Positions 30,659-40,263 of a stretch of DNA of 57,735 nt are shown in pieces. The stretch is from a virus (taxonomy: Duplodnaviria; Caudoviricetes), in the IMG/VR virus record IMGVR_UViG_3300017575_000049, positions 1-57,735 of that record, one strand, 5' to 3'. Positions within the stretch are counted from its first letter, which is position 1; each line of letters opens with the position of its first letter. A program made the position numbers and the translations under genes. The notes below the pieces were generated by a model that was not told the DNA's origin, did not search any database, and worked only from the letters and a program-made list of their open reading frames with translations.

Positions 30659-30814
30659 TCACTGACGTGCATCATCTTGCTTGATATCCTGAAGAATTAC
30701 TCTGGCCATTTCCAGTTGCTGGTCCATTGAATTGGAGAGGAGGATTGCTTCCTCAAGCGTGGTAAGCTGCGTGGCTTCCGAGGCATATCTACTGCGTTTC
30801 GTGTTCCAGCTCAC
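30659..30814 (-). CDS. Small hypothetical protein (51 aa; below ORF-track cutoff)
   Basis: GTGA overlap with the upstream stop; MSWNTKRSRYASEATQLTTLEEAILLS... Confidence 0.45.
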   Translation of the reverse strand: MSWNTKRSRYASEATQLTTLEEAILLSNSMDQQLEMARVILQDIKQDDARQ

Positions 30815-31335
30815 TCGGTGTCACCTGGCAGGTTGAACATCGACTCCAGCTGGTCGAGCCGTGATTCGATATCATCCAGCCGGTTTTGCATGGCCGTTAC
30901 CTCGCCCAACTCATCGGTGAGCGTCTGGACACTCTCATCTGTCAGGGCAACCTCGATGTGCATCTGTGTTGCACCTGGCGTCGTTGCTGACACATCGGTC
31001 GATGTCGGTGTCTCAGGGACTGAATCTGTAGCATCTGACGACTGTTCGTTGACCGTGTACCCTGGCTCTGTCTCGTCACGAGCGGTTCCTGCAAGGGCAG
31101 TGAGATACTTTTTGAGTTGTGAACGTACCATCGTCTCTGGATTGGGCGCGGTTGTCGGGTATTCTATCTGGAAGCCAACCTGGTCTTTCTCTGCATCAGC
31201 GTCGGTCTCCAGGACACGATACACCGGCCCCAGATCGCCAGTGTCGACCCGACGGACCGCAGCAATGTCGATATCGTGGTCTCTCGCTTCCCGCTCAACG
31301 AGACGTTCGAAGGTCTCGTCTGTCCCTGCGCTCAT
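30811..31335 (-). CDS. Hypothetical protein with C-terminal coiled coil
   Basis: Acidic 174 aa; MQNRLDDIESRLDQLE heptads. Confidence 0.65.
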   Translation of the reverse strand: MSAGTDETFERLVEREARDHDIDIAAVRRVDTGDLGPVYRVLETDADAEKDQVGFQIEYPTTAPNPETMVRSQLKKYLTALAGTARDETEPGYTVNEQSSDATDSVPETPTSTDVSATTPGATQMHIEVALTDESVQTLTDELGEVTAMQNRLDDIESRLDQLESMFNLPGDTE

Positions 31336-31565
31336 CGGTTATTCATATGTGCTTGGTGATGTTAATAGTTGTGCAAACCTGCTTTAATCAGGCGTAGCGA
31401 CTACCGATAGTACACGCCTCCCCCACGCCGGCCTCGGCGTTTTGCTGGGAACCTGACTATGCGGTGATAGCACCCGAGAGGGAATGGGCTCGCGATAGTA
31501 GGCGAATGCATAGAACTTAACTATGTCACCTGCATACTATCATACCCGCGGAGACACAGATTACG

Positions 31566-34055
31566 ATGACCAATACAGACGACATTGTGCTACCACGTAA
31601 GTCGGTAGACGACGATGTATCACTCGAAGAACGACTAACAGACAACATCCGGTTCGGTGCCGGGCCAGCGCGGTACTTCCTTGACGGTGAGGACTGGAGC
31701 GACGTGTTCCACCGTGTGGCCCGCAACGTCGCGCTCGGCGACCTGGTCCACATTGCTGGTCGACCATCGTCGTTTCCACAGGAACTGATTCGTGACCGCG
31801 CTCGTGATAGATTTCACGGTGATTCCGTAGCACTCACAGAGTCCGCGCTACCATACGTTGACACAGAGGCGCTGTATGACCACCTTGAAGCAGACTATCC
31901 AGCGGTCCACGAGACACTGACCGAGACTGCAGATACGTTCGAGCGCATGATGCGCCAACAGCGGTTCATGCCAAACTCACCAGCATTGATGAACGCTGGT
32001 GGCACACTCCAGCAGCTCTCTGCGTGTTTCACTGCAAGTCCAGGCGATGCGATGGTCAATGGCGATGATATCGACCGTGAGTCCATCATGCAGGCAGCCT
32101 CCGATGCTGCAGCCATCTTCAAGTCCGGCGGTGGTGTCGGCTATGCCTTCCACCATCTTCGGCCGAAGGGGGCACACATCGGGTCGACAGAGGGGGTCAG
32201 CTCTGGCCCGCTCTCGTTTATGCAAATTTACGACACGGTCTGCCTATCTGTCTCACAGGGTGGCAAGCGACGTGGCGCCCAGATGGGTATCATGCACGTC
32301 CAGCACCCCGACATTGGCCGATTCATGCTCGCCAAGCGTGGTGAGGATAATCTCACGAACTTCAACCTCAGTGCAGGGCTGACCGATGCGTTCATCGATG
32401 CGGTCGAGAACGATGAGCTACTCACCCTGTATGACCCCGAGGTTGGGTTCCAGCCGACCGATGACCCCCAGCCGTTCTCGGTGGTCGCCGAGTCGGCCCA
32501 CTTCTTCGACCCAGCGTTTGAAGATGCGTGGAATGACAAGTTCGACAAGCCCGGTATGGGGTTAGACGGCAAGCCTGTTCACGAGAACTTCTGGCGGGAC
32601 TACCAGGATGAGATGTCTGACCCCGATGCATTTGATGTGTTCCGTGAAGACCTCGACCTGGAGCTGGGTGCTCCCCTCAGGGTCCCCGCCCGATTCCTCT
32701 GGCAAATTCTTGTTGACGGCGCCCACAACAATGGCGAGCCTGGATTCGTTTATCTCGATGAGATAAACCGAGAACACTCGTTCGATGTGGAGGAACACCC
32801 AGACCACTACATCCACTCGACAAACCCATGCAGCGAGCAACCACTTGAGAACTACGAGGCCTGCAATCTCGGGCACGTCAACCTCTCACTGTTGCTCACC
32901 GAGGATGCACCAACGTACGACGCCTGGCTAACCGACAAATTTGACGATATCGAATTTGACGACTACCGGCATACATCACTTGTGCACGAGTATGTGAATG
33001 AGGCACTCGACCAGCAGGCCTTCGAGCAGGTCGTCGATATGGGGACACGGTTCCTCGATAACGTCGTGACAATGTCACGGTTCCCCGATGAGGTCCCGCA
33101 GACATCTGAAGAGGTCGGCAAGAAGCGAAAGATAGGCCTTGGACTGATGGGATTCCACCAGCTGGCAATTCAGATGGGTATCAGGTATGGCTCGAGCGCA
33201 GGCCAGGCACTTGCGGGCACCATCATGCAGCGTATCGATGCACGTGCCACACAGACCTCACACGAGCTGTCGGACACACGCGGTGTGTTCCCGCAGTACG
33301 AGGAGTCAAAGTGGGCAGCTCCAACCGAGTACCCCGACTGGTTCCAGAAGCACGCACATCTATCAGCCGAGGCACACGCCGACGGGTACCGGATGCGCAA
33401 TCACAACGTCACGACTATCGCACCGACCGGCACCACCTCGATGATAGGCGACACAACGGCCGGATGTGAGCCCATCTTTTCGGTGGCGTTCTTCAAGAAC
33501 GTGGGTGACGACATTCAGGGCGACGAGATGCTTGTGGAGTTCGACGACTACTTCCTTCGGGTTCTGGAAGCCAACGACATCGACGTCGAGGCCGTCAAGA
33601 CCGAGGCAGTCGACCAGATGCAGAACAACGAGTTTGATGGTATCGAGGGACTGAGCCAGGTGCCTGATGCACTGGGCGATATCTTTGTGACTGCGGGTGC
33701 GCTGACCCCAGCCCAGCATGTCGACATGCAGTCAGCATTCCAGAATCACGTTGATTCGGCTATCTCCAAGACAATCAATCTCCCCAACGAGGCCACCATC
33801 GGCGCGGTCGGCGATGCTATCCTCCTGGCACTCAACCGGGGTATCAAGGGCGCAACGGTCTACCGAGATGGCTCGCGACAGGAGCAGGTCAAGACGACTC
33901 GCATGGACAACGAGCTCGAATCCGCATCGGTCGACGCACTGGCTGCAGAACTTGCTGAGACGTACGACTCGGAGACGCTATCGGCACTTGTCGATGCACT
34001 CTCCCCTGAGACACCGACCGCTGGTGGCGATACACCGGCCCCTGCTGACGACTGA
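31566..34055 (+). CDS. nrdJ: Class II (B12-dependent) ribonucleotide reductase
   Basis: FMPNSPALMNAG, QLSACF, QGGKRRGAQM, TNPCSEQ, ACNLG, TIAPTGT and SAISKTIN motifs; no small subunit in window. Confidence 0.95.
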   Translation: MTNTDDIVLPRKSVDDDVSLEERLTDNIRFGAGPARYFLDGEDWSDVFHRVARNVALGDLVHIAGRPSSFPQELIRDRARDRFHGDSVALTESALPYVDTEALYDHLEADYPAVHETLTETADTFERMMRQQRFMPNSPALMNAGGTLQQLSACFTASPGDAMVNGDDIDRESIMQAASDAAAIFKSGGGVGYAFHHLRPKGAHIGSTEGVSSGPLSFMQIYDTVCLSVSQGGKRRGAQMGIMHVQHPDIGRFMLAKRGEDNLTNFNLSAGLTDAFIDAVENDELLTLYDPEVGFQPTDDPQPFSVVAESAHFFDPAFEDAWNDKFDKPGMGLDGKPVHENFWRDYQDEMSDPDAFDVFREDLDLELGAPLRVPARFLWQILVDGAHNNGEPGFVYLDEINREHSFDVEEHPDHYIHSTNPCSEQPLENYEACNLGHVNLSLLLTEDAPTYDAWLTDKFDDIEFDDYRHTSLVHEYVNEALDQQAFEQVVDMGTRFLDNVVTMSRFPDEVPQTSEEVGKKRKIGLGLMGFHQLAIQMGIRYGSSAGQALAGTIMQRIDARATQTSHELSDTRGVFPQYEESKWAAPTEYPDWFQKHAHLSAEAHADGYRMRNHNVTTIAPTGTTSMIGDTTAGCEPIFSVAFFKNVGDDIQGDEMLVEFDDYFLRVLEANDIDVEAVKTEAVDQMQNNEFDGIEGLSQVPDALGDIFVTAGALTPAQHVDMQSAFQNHVDSAISKTINLPNEATIGAVGDAILLALNRGIKGATVYRDGSRQEQVKTTRMDNELESASVDALAAELAETYDSETLSALVDALSPETPTAGGDTPAPADD

Positions 34056-34064
34056 AAGAGACCA

Positions 34065-34181
34065 ATGACAATTATTACACGCGGTACGATGGAACAGTGT
34101 CCAACTTGCGGTGAGCATGCGCTTGTCCCAACCGAGGGATGTGGCATCTGTCAGATGTGCGGTGACAGTCCCTGTAAGTAA
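34065..34181 (+). CDS. NrdJ C-terminal zinc ribbon as a separate in-frame mini-ORF
   Basis: MTIITRGTMEQCPTCGEHALVPTEGCGICQMCGDSPCK. Confidence 0.7.
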   Translation: MTIITRGTMEQCPTCGEHALVPTEGCGICQMCGDSPCK

Positions 34182-34313
34182 CACATATTTACCACGACAT
34201 TCGTATTCCAGTGTTCGAACCATCAGTGACATCACGTCCCGTCCGACTCATGGACTGCGTGGCGACTACTGATAGGATGCATAGTGAATCAACCACCCCT
34301 TCTTCCCCCAATC

Positions 34314-34601
34314 ATGTTCCCCCATATCAGTCCCATCCTCACCCACCTGACGGTAGCGGTTGCTGCGTTCGGGATGGGTGTGGCCGTGGGACTCTTCGTC
34401 TGCGACGGTCCGCTCGGTAAGCGTCGGGTCCGTCGGTCAATCGCGCTTGCTGTCACAACGGTTTGGGTGCTCTCGGTCGGCGCTGAGATTCTTGTTTCCG
34501 GATACAGTACCAGTTTCCTCGTCCATGGTATCATGGGCTCGGTAACCGGATTCCTGCTCTCCGAAGACGGCCTGGATATCACCATTGGCAACGCACAGTG
34601 A
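34314..34601 (+). CDS. Membrane protein
   Basis: About 3 TM segments. Confidence 0.6.
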   Translation: MFPHISPILTHLTVAVAAFGMGVAVGLFVCDGPLGKRRVRRSIALAVTTVWVLSVGAEILVSGYSTSFLVHGIMGSVTGFLLSEDGLDITIGNAQ

Positions 34602-34738
34602 CGAATAATCAGAAACCAGATGGCCCCATGGCTGGCATCGTTCTGACCGCACGACTCATCTTCTCCGTGCTGATGGCAGTGTTCTTTGTCATCGTCGGAG
34701 AAAGCGCTGTTGCAGTCTTACTGCAATTGCTCGGCTAA
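34598..34738 (+). CDS. Small membrane protein (46 aa)
   Basis: GTGA overlap; hydrophobic LIFSVLMAVFFVIVG. Confidence 0.45.
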   Translation: MTNNQKPDGPMAGIVLTARLIFSVLMAVFFVIVGESAVAVLLQLLG

Positions 34739-35106
34739 TCCCGCAGCATCAGGTCCTCGTTTCCTGTACAGGGTTCGTGGGCCACACAGCGAGTCTCGAT
34801 GCGACGGCGTCGACTGTCGACAGCCACCGCATCTGCGGTCGCGGTACACGCATCATTGTCGCACACAACGCTGATAGCGGGATCAGTAAATATCCGATAG
34901 CCACGCTGTGGGAACTCAAGCTTGACCACGATAGTTGTAAAGTCGCACGACGGACAGTCCTGTGTGATGTGTGCAACCGGCTCAGTAACCGACACATCGA
35001 CCGACTCAAGCGCACAGTCACACGAGGGGCACCCGGTCAGTCCAGGAATCAGGCGGTCAGTCCGGTCATACCCATCATACCGATGGGGAGCACAGTTGCT
35101 ATCCAT
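34735..35106 (-). CDS. Zinc-finger protein
   Basis: CPSC x2, CDNDAC and CVAH. Confidence 0.6.
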   Translation of the reverse strand: MDSNCAPHRYDGYDRTDRLIPGLTGCPSCDCALESVDVSVTEPVAHITQDCPSCDFTTIVVKLEFPQRGYRIFTDPAISVVCDNDACTATADAVAVDSRRRRIETRCVAHEPCTGNEDLMLRD

Positions 35107-35112
35107 CGATAC

Positions 35113-35544
35113 TCACGCGTACCGGACAAAGCTCTGTGTGAGCGTTCGTGGTATCCATATCTTACCCGACTCATTGATGTAGTCATCATCTGCAGAGATG
35201 TCGAGCTCTTCGACCATCATGTCGATGTCAAAGTACGTATCGGCATGATTTTCGACAACAGAGATATTGATGATATGAACATCGCCCAGTAGCACTGCCC
35301 CCTTGTCGCTGTTGTCATACTCGGTTCGCGCAAAGAGCAGTGGTCGGCGTGCGTCAAGCTCTTTCATTGAAAACCACTCGTGGATATAACAGATACGGTC
35401 GACTCTGGGGTGTGCCTCGACGAACATGTCCCATATCGCCCACAGTGAGTTGGCTGCCTCGCTATCCAGCTCATAATCGATGTCTTCGTCATCCTCGAAC
35501 ACCGCAAGTAACTCTGCGGGCCCTGAGACGGCTGTTGTCTGCAT
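35113..35544 (-). CDS. Hypothetical protein
   Basis: Acidic 143-aa ORF. Confidence 0.65.
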   Translation of the reverse strand: MQTTAVSGPAELLAVFEDDEDIDYELDSEAANSLWAIWDMFVEAHPRVDRICYIHEWFSMKELDARRPLLFARTEYDNSDKGAVLLGDVHIINISVVENHADTYFDIDMMVEELDISADDDYINESGKIWIPRTLTQSFVRYA

Positions 35545-35668
35545 GTTACACTGTAGTATTTTGGTCGGGTTAATACTACCGCCAGACGGTCATGTCAGTC
35601 GGTCAGAAATGTTACTTAGTAAGCTTTTTATCGTGAATGTTATATGTCGTACAATAATAGTTTGAACT

Positions 35669-35980
35669 ATGAGTGCACGGGGAACACAGTCGCACGCAAT
35701 TGATATATGCTCGCTTCGGTCGTGGGTCATACAACTGATGGAGCAAGACATTCCGGTCACATCTATCTCATTGGATATCGAATCCGATGGACCGTTACTT
35801 GACTTCGAGACAGCCGTTGTTCCGGTCGGTGTTCTTAACACAATACTGCTGAATGAGCAGTATCAGAACAGATTGAGCAGCTGCTATTCAACAACTGGCG
35901 CTGATACAGTGACAATCAGTATCGCACTGGACAAACGGTTCGAGGAACTACTTACCAAGGTCGACCCAAATATCGAATAA
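35669..35980 (+). CDS. Hypothetical protein
   Basis: 103 aa in an AT-richer stretch. Confidence 0.5.
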   Translation: MSARGTQSHAIDICSLRSWVIQLMEQDIPVTSISLDIESDGPLLDFETAVVPVGVLNTILLNEQYQNRLSSCYSTTGADTVTISIALDKRFEELLTKVDPNIE

Positions 35981-36056
35981 GTTGCATTTTAGGTGGACAG
36001 ACTATTATACAGTAATAGTATGCAGTTGAACGCATAAGCTTTGGCTGGAACAACCA

Positions 36057-36329
36057 TTATCCAAGTGTGCCTACCACCGCAGCCACACGAATCACACAGA
36101 ACTGGAATATAAGTCCAATAGCACCGCCCAGGATGATAAGAAGGGGGAACACCCACGCCCTGACATCGCGGAGTCGGGACCGGACCAGTGCAAAATCGCT
36201 TGCGTCACGAGCCTGCCCAACGCCGACGCCACGCTCTTGCCAGACCATACTGTAGAACGCATCAGTAGCAACACATAGGCCGATGACTGCGCCAATGACG
36301 AACGAGACGGCCAGCTGAGCTATCGTCAC
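36057..36329 (-). CDS. Membrane protein
   Basis: Two TM segments; coupled to the kinase-like gene. Confidence 0.55.
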   Translation of the reverse strand: MTIAQLAVSFVIGAVIGLCVATDAFYSMVWQERGVGVGQARDASDFALVRSRLRDVRAWVFPLLIILGGAIGLIFQFCVIRVAAVVGTLG

Positions 36330-36973
36330 CCCTGATTCCCCCCAGCGACCGACACCAGCTGGGTGACTGAATCAACCAGCTCCATCGTCCGGACCGTATC
36401 ATCATTGATGATGGTCACGTGGTGGTCAGGGTGGGGTGACTCTCGTATGTCTCGGGCAGCAAACTGCTTGTGTATCGTCTTGATATATGACTCACTGATC
36501 GGGCCATCTATCGAGCCAATCCGCGATTCCACATAGCGGTTACGCCGAGTTCGTGCATCTGTGGTGTCGATGCGGATAACAAGCACCGTGCGGTCCAGCG
36601 TCTCAACCAACCAATCAACCTCAGCCTGCATCCGTTGACCAGCGGTCGCCACAACCGGTGCATCTGCGTGTTGTGCAAACCAGTGCTCGAACAACGACGT
36701 TGGTGCATGGGGTCCATGCTGGTCTCGCAGTGTGCACGCGGTCTCCCAGTACGCATCTGGTGATGGGTGCTCCAACCGACGATGTGTCTCTTCTCTGATG
36801 TAGTCTCCTGTCCGTGCAACCGGAACGCCGATTGACTGAAACAGTGAGGCGACGGTCGACTTTCCGGCTCCTGGTGGACCAACGAGACAACACAGTGCCC
36901 CCTGTGACCCGGCATCCGTGGTCTGCATACGGTTTCGGATAGCAGTGGCTGCCACAAAAGTATTGTGTGCCAT
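36326..36973 (-). CDS. P-loop NMP/dephospho-CoA kinase-like protein (UPF0200-like)
   Basis: GPPGAGKS Walker A and TGDYIRE motif. Confidence 0.7.
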   Translation of the reverse strand: MAHNTFVAATAIRNRMQTTDAGSQGALCCLVGPPGAGKSTVASLFQSIGVPVARTGDYIREETHRRLEHPSPDAYWETACTLRDQHGPHAPTSLFEHWFAQHADAPVVATAGQRMQAEVDWLVETLDRTVLVIRIDTTDARTRRNRYVESRIGSIDGPISESYIKTIHKQFAARDIRESPHPDHHVTIINDDTVRTMELVDSVTQLVSVAGGNQG

Positions 36974-37037
36974 GTATACGAGACGGAGTGATTAGTAGAG
37001 AGACGATACCGCAATGCATACGGACTGCAGTTTCATC

Positions 37038-37805
37038 TCAGAGTCCAGCTCGCTTCTTCGCATTGTTCCAGGACCCGAATCGTCGCTGCAGTGTCTCGGG
37101 TGCACAGGTATCATCATCTGCTGCAAACTGCGATGCGGAGCAGTCACCATCGTGTCGCTGTGCACAGCTCCGAAGCATCTCAAGCAGCTCCTGCTTGCTG
37201 TATCGGCGGTTACCAGACCCAGCGGTATCGATACCCGATAACTGCTTTGCCTCGTTCCATGAGCCGAACCGTTTACGAATTGCCCCGGCTGATGGGAGGG
37301 TATCATCATCGTTGAAGATACGCTGTGTCACCTTTCCATGACGCTCCTGACACTCACGCAGCAGGTCCAGATACTCCGCATCGGTATATTCTCTGGGGCG
37401 TGAGTTGTAGTTCCGTTCGTCAATATCGATACCGGCCTCTTCTTTGGCAGCTAACCAGGAGTCAAACCGTTCGACGACGACACTGGGTGATACCAGGTCA
37501 TCGTGCTTGCTCAGGGTGTTCGTCGTGACCGTTCCCTCACGACGGCGAAGCTCCTTCAGGTGCGACAATATCTGGGAGTCCGAGTACTGTTTTTGTCGTC
37601 CCCCGCTACTGCTCAGGTCTTCGTCAATGCCTGCCTGTTCTTTCGCTTCTGACCACGACCCAAATCGTTTACTAACTGTCGCAACTGAGCAGAACTCAGC
37701 ATCTGAGCCGAATACGTCTGGTGTACATCGGCCGTGCAGCTGCTTGCATCGTTGCAACATCTCCAAAATATCTTGGTCTGTGTACGTTCGTTGACTCATC
37801 GTCAC
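37038..37805 (-). CDS. Protein of four homing-endonuclease-associated repeats, no nuclease domain
   Basis: Four ~63-aa repeats, each ending RF(G/D)SWxxAK. Confidence 0.85.
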   Translation of the reverse strand: MTMSQRTYTDQDILEMLQRCKQLHGRCTPDVFGSDAEFCSVATVSKRFGSWSEAKEQAGIDEDLSSSGGRQKQYSDSQILSHLKELRRREGTVTTNTLSKHDDLVSPSVVVERFDSWLAAKEEAGIDIDERNYNSRPREYTDAEYLDLLRECQERHGKVTQRIFNDDDTLPSAGAIRKRFGSWNEAKQLSGIDTAGSGNRRYSKQELLEMLRSCAQRHDGDCSASQFAADDDTCAPETLQRRFGSWNNAKKRAGL

Positions 37806-37922
37806 AGATGATGGTAGGTGAGTGAAACACTAATAGTTTACCGAATATGCGCATACGTTGTCGAACTAATATAGTATATTATGCTGCGGTACGAACTGGT
37901 ATTGGTCGCCAATAGTTAGCCG

Positions 37923-39788
37923 TCAGCGTTCGACGTGCAATGTTGCATCAATGGGTGCCCCTGTTTCGTCCGTATCGTGCACCACAGAGAATCCAAGCAG
38001 ACCCTTGTCAATACACGAATCGATAGCTGTCTTGAGCTCACGGCGAGCCTGGGTGGGTGTTGCTACCCACCCATTACCACGGTCAGGCTGGTCCCAGCAG
38101 TCATGTGCTGGGTCGAGCAAGGTGTCGTCGGTGTGGACCGGTCGGTTCTGGTCATCCAGTGGTATCATGCCAAGCAGTGCCTCGACAGGAACTGAATCCA
38201 GATTCTCGACCCGAACCCCGTCGACGGTCCCGGCAAGTCGGTCGAGCACAGTGTCCTCAACTGGACCCGTCTGCACGGGTGTTCTCTCGTCCTGAACCCC
38301 ACCCCCAAAGGCCGACAAACCGCCTGCGTTATCGACACCGTTTCCGGTTGCCAGTGCGCGCTCACTTGCATCAACACTGGCCTTTCCGAGCAGGTCCTGT
38401 GCATCAGTATCGAGCTCTGCCCGACGCTCTTCCATCGAATCAAGAAATGGTGCAGCCTTGACCGGGTCAACCGTCCCCTCGAAGACATCTGCGTGCGATG
38501 GAACATTAGCAAAGCCAAGTTCGTCCCACCCAGAAAAGCCATAGATGTGACCTCGCTCACCTGCATCCTCGTCAATAGAGACCAGAAAGTTATCCTCGAG
38601 TGACGCCAGGATATTCTCCAGCTCTGACTTTGGAACCGTTGGCGCATCAGCACTTTTGAGAAACTGCTGGATTGGGTCAAGCCCATCAACCTCGTTCATC
38701 CGGCCTGACTTCTCTCGGATGGCCTCGGCAACCGCTCGCTTTTTGCGGTCGATGGAGTGAGTCGTCCCCAACAGCACCTGTCGGCATGAAAGTACGTTCG
38801 CTACATCCTGTGCATCGGCGACGATGACCGTCACATCGTCGTCGACACCATCCCACTGGTCGCCTGGAACTGTCTCGCGGGACTTATAGTTCCATATTGC
38901 CCACCCGCGGATGATGTTCGCCACCATCGAATAGATTCGATTCACCTCCGAGCGCCCGTGCTTGAAGATAGGCTTGATGATATCCCAGACATCGAACGCA
39001 AACTGACCGGCTCCGTCACCGCGCGAGCCTCCGTTAGGTAGTACGACATGCCAGGGCCCGCCACCCTTCATTGACGCAACATGGTGCTGGATAGTCTGTG
39101 TGCCAGCGTCAAACTGGTACCCATACTCCACACCCGAATCATCGATAGCGATGTGGTCATGGTCAAACGCCATTGCACCGACTGCCTTATTCTTTGACTG
39201 TGACTCGTGAATCGGTATTTTGAGCAGTCGGTCCCACATCTCCATGTCTGCACCCCACTGTGCATACAGGAAACAGTACGGCATCGCGTATCGCTCGATA
39301 GTGTTGGTCTCGAACCCATCGCGAGTGGACCCCTGTGTTATCTTGTAGGTAAACTTCTCATCGCCACCATGAACGGACTTGAGAAACTCAATCAAGTCTT
39401 CTGGAGGCTTCTGGAGCTCATCCAGAAACGCAAAATCACTCCGGTCCCACTGCTCGTCGTATATCATCGACTTGCCGGACCCACTTGTCGTCTCGTACAG
39501 GTCCATGTGCACAAGCAACTTGTAAAGCTGGTCATGCAGATGTGTCTTGCCCGAGCCGGGAGTTCCAATGGTCACAAACGAGTTGTAGTGGTCGGGCTCA
39601 GCAGCATAGGCGGTCGCGACAGATGCTGCTGCAAGCAAGAACTGCTGCTCGTTCCTGATAGTTCCAGAACGGACAAAGTCGACGAGGTCGATTGCGACAT
39701 TAGCTGACACCTCACCGGTCTGTGCGGTTCCGAACGGTGCAGTCCGGCCGGGCGGTACGGCATCCTTGTCGGGGGTTGTTGTGCTCAT
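37923..39788 (-). CDS. P-loop NTPase, probable replicative helicase
   Basis: GTPGSGKT Walker A, FAFLDE Walker B and DR arginine-finger-like motif. Confidence 0.65.
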   Translation of the reverse strand: MSTTTPDKDAVPPGRTAPFGTAQTGEVSANVAIDLVDFVRSGTIRNEQQFLLAAASVATAYAAEPDHYNSFVTIGTPGSGKTHLHDQLYKLLVHMDLYETTSGSGKSMIYDEQWDRSDFAFLDELQKPPEDLIEFLKSVHGGDEKFTYKITQGSTRDGFETNTIERYAMPYCFLYAQWGADMEMWDRLLKIPIHESQSKNKAVGAMAFDHDHIAIDDSGVEYGYQFDAGTQTIQHHVASMKGGGPWHVVLPNGGSRGDGAGQFAFDVWDIIKPIFKHGRSEVNRIYSMVANIIRGWAIWNYKSRETVPGDQWDGVDDDVTVIVADAQDVANVLSCRQVLLGTTHSIDRKKRAVAEAIREKSGRMNEVDGLDPIQQFLKSADAPTVPKSELENILASLEDNFLVSIDEDAGERGHIYGFSGWDELGFANVPSHADVFEGTVDPVKAAPFLDSMEERRAELDTDAQDLLGKASVDASERALATGNGVDNAGGLSAFGGGVQDERTPVQTGPVEDTVLDRLAGTVDGVRVENLDSVPVEALLGMIPLDDQNRPVHTDDTLLDPAHDCWDQPDRGNGWVATPTQARRELKTAIDSCIDKGLLGFSVVHDTDETGAPIDATLHVER

Positions 39789-39837
39789 CTACCTACCGAT
39801 AGCAGTTACAGATAGAAATAACTTGTGTGAATGTGTA

Positions 39838-40263
39838 CTATAGTCCGGGATGTCGACCTGGGTCAGCAGGGTGTGGCCGACGTGCCTCACCAATAAGCTC
39901 GGATAGCTCAAACAGCTGTTTTGTGTCACTATTACCGACATAAATCGGCATGTCATCACAGAACTGGGCAATGGTATGCTGACAGATACCACATGGGGCA
40001 ATAGCCGAGCGGGTGTCATCCATATCCGCATGGTAAATAGCCAGTCGGACGAACTCGTCTGCACCGGCCTCGATAGCCTTGAACACAGCTAACTGCACTG
40101 CATGGCACGCACGGTCACCATCCACCGCAATATCGACGCCCGTGTAGATGCCGTACGTGGTCTCAAGGGCACACCCAACCGGTTGTGCTGCGCTGGGTGC
40201 AGACGCATTCTTCTGCGCTTGGTGCGCTCGCCCGATGAGTCCGATAACACTGGTCCCCTTCAT
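39838..40263 (-). CDS. Cytidine deaminase-fold protein, catalytic Glu absent
   Basis: VGCAL...YTG, HAVQ in place of HAE, and PCGIC. Confidence 0.8.
   Translation of the reverse strand: MKGTSVIGLIGRAHQAQKNASAPSAAQPVGCALETTYGIYTGVDIAVDGDRACHAVQLAVFKAIEAGADEFVRLAIYHADMDDTRSAIAPCGICQHTIAQFCDDMPIYVGNSDTKQLFELSELIGEARRPHPADPGRHPGL

Noticed and set aside
31441-31512. Cobalamin riboswitch ahead of nrdJ
   Set aside because: Only GGGAA matches, there is no B12 box, and it lies upstream of the apparent promoter.
27073-34055. Inteins in PolB or NrdJ
   Set aside because: Catalytic motifs are uninterrupted, and no C...HN-C/S/T splice junctions or LAGLIDADG blocks were seen.
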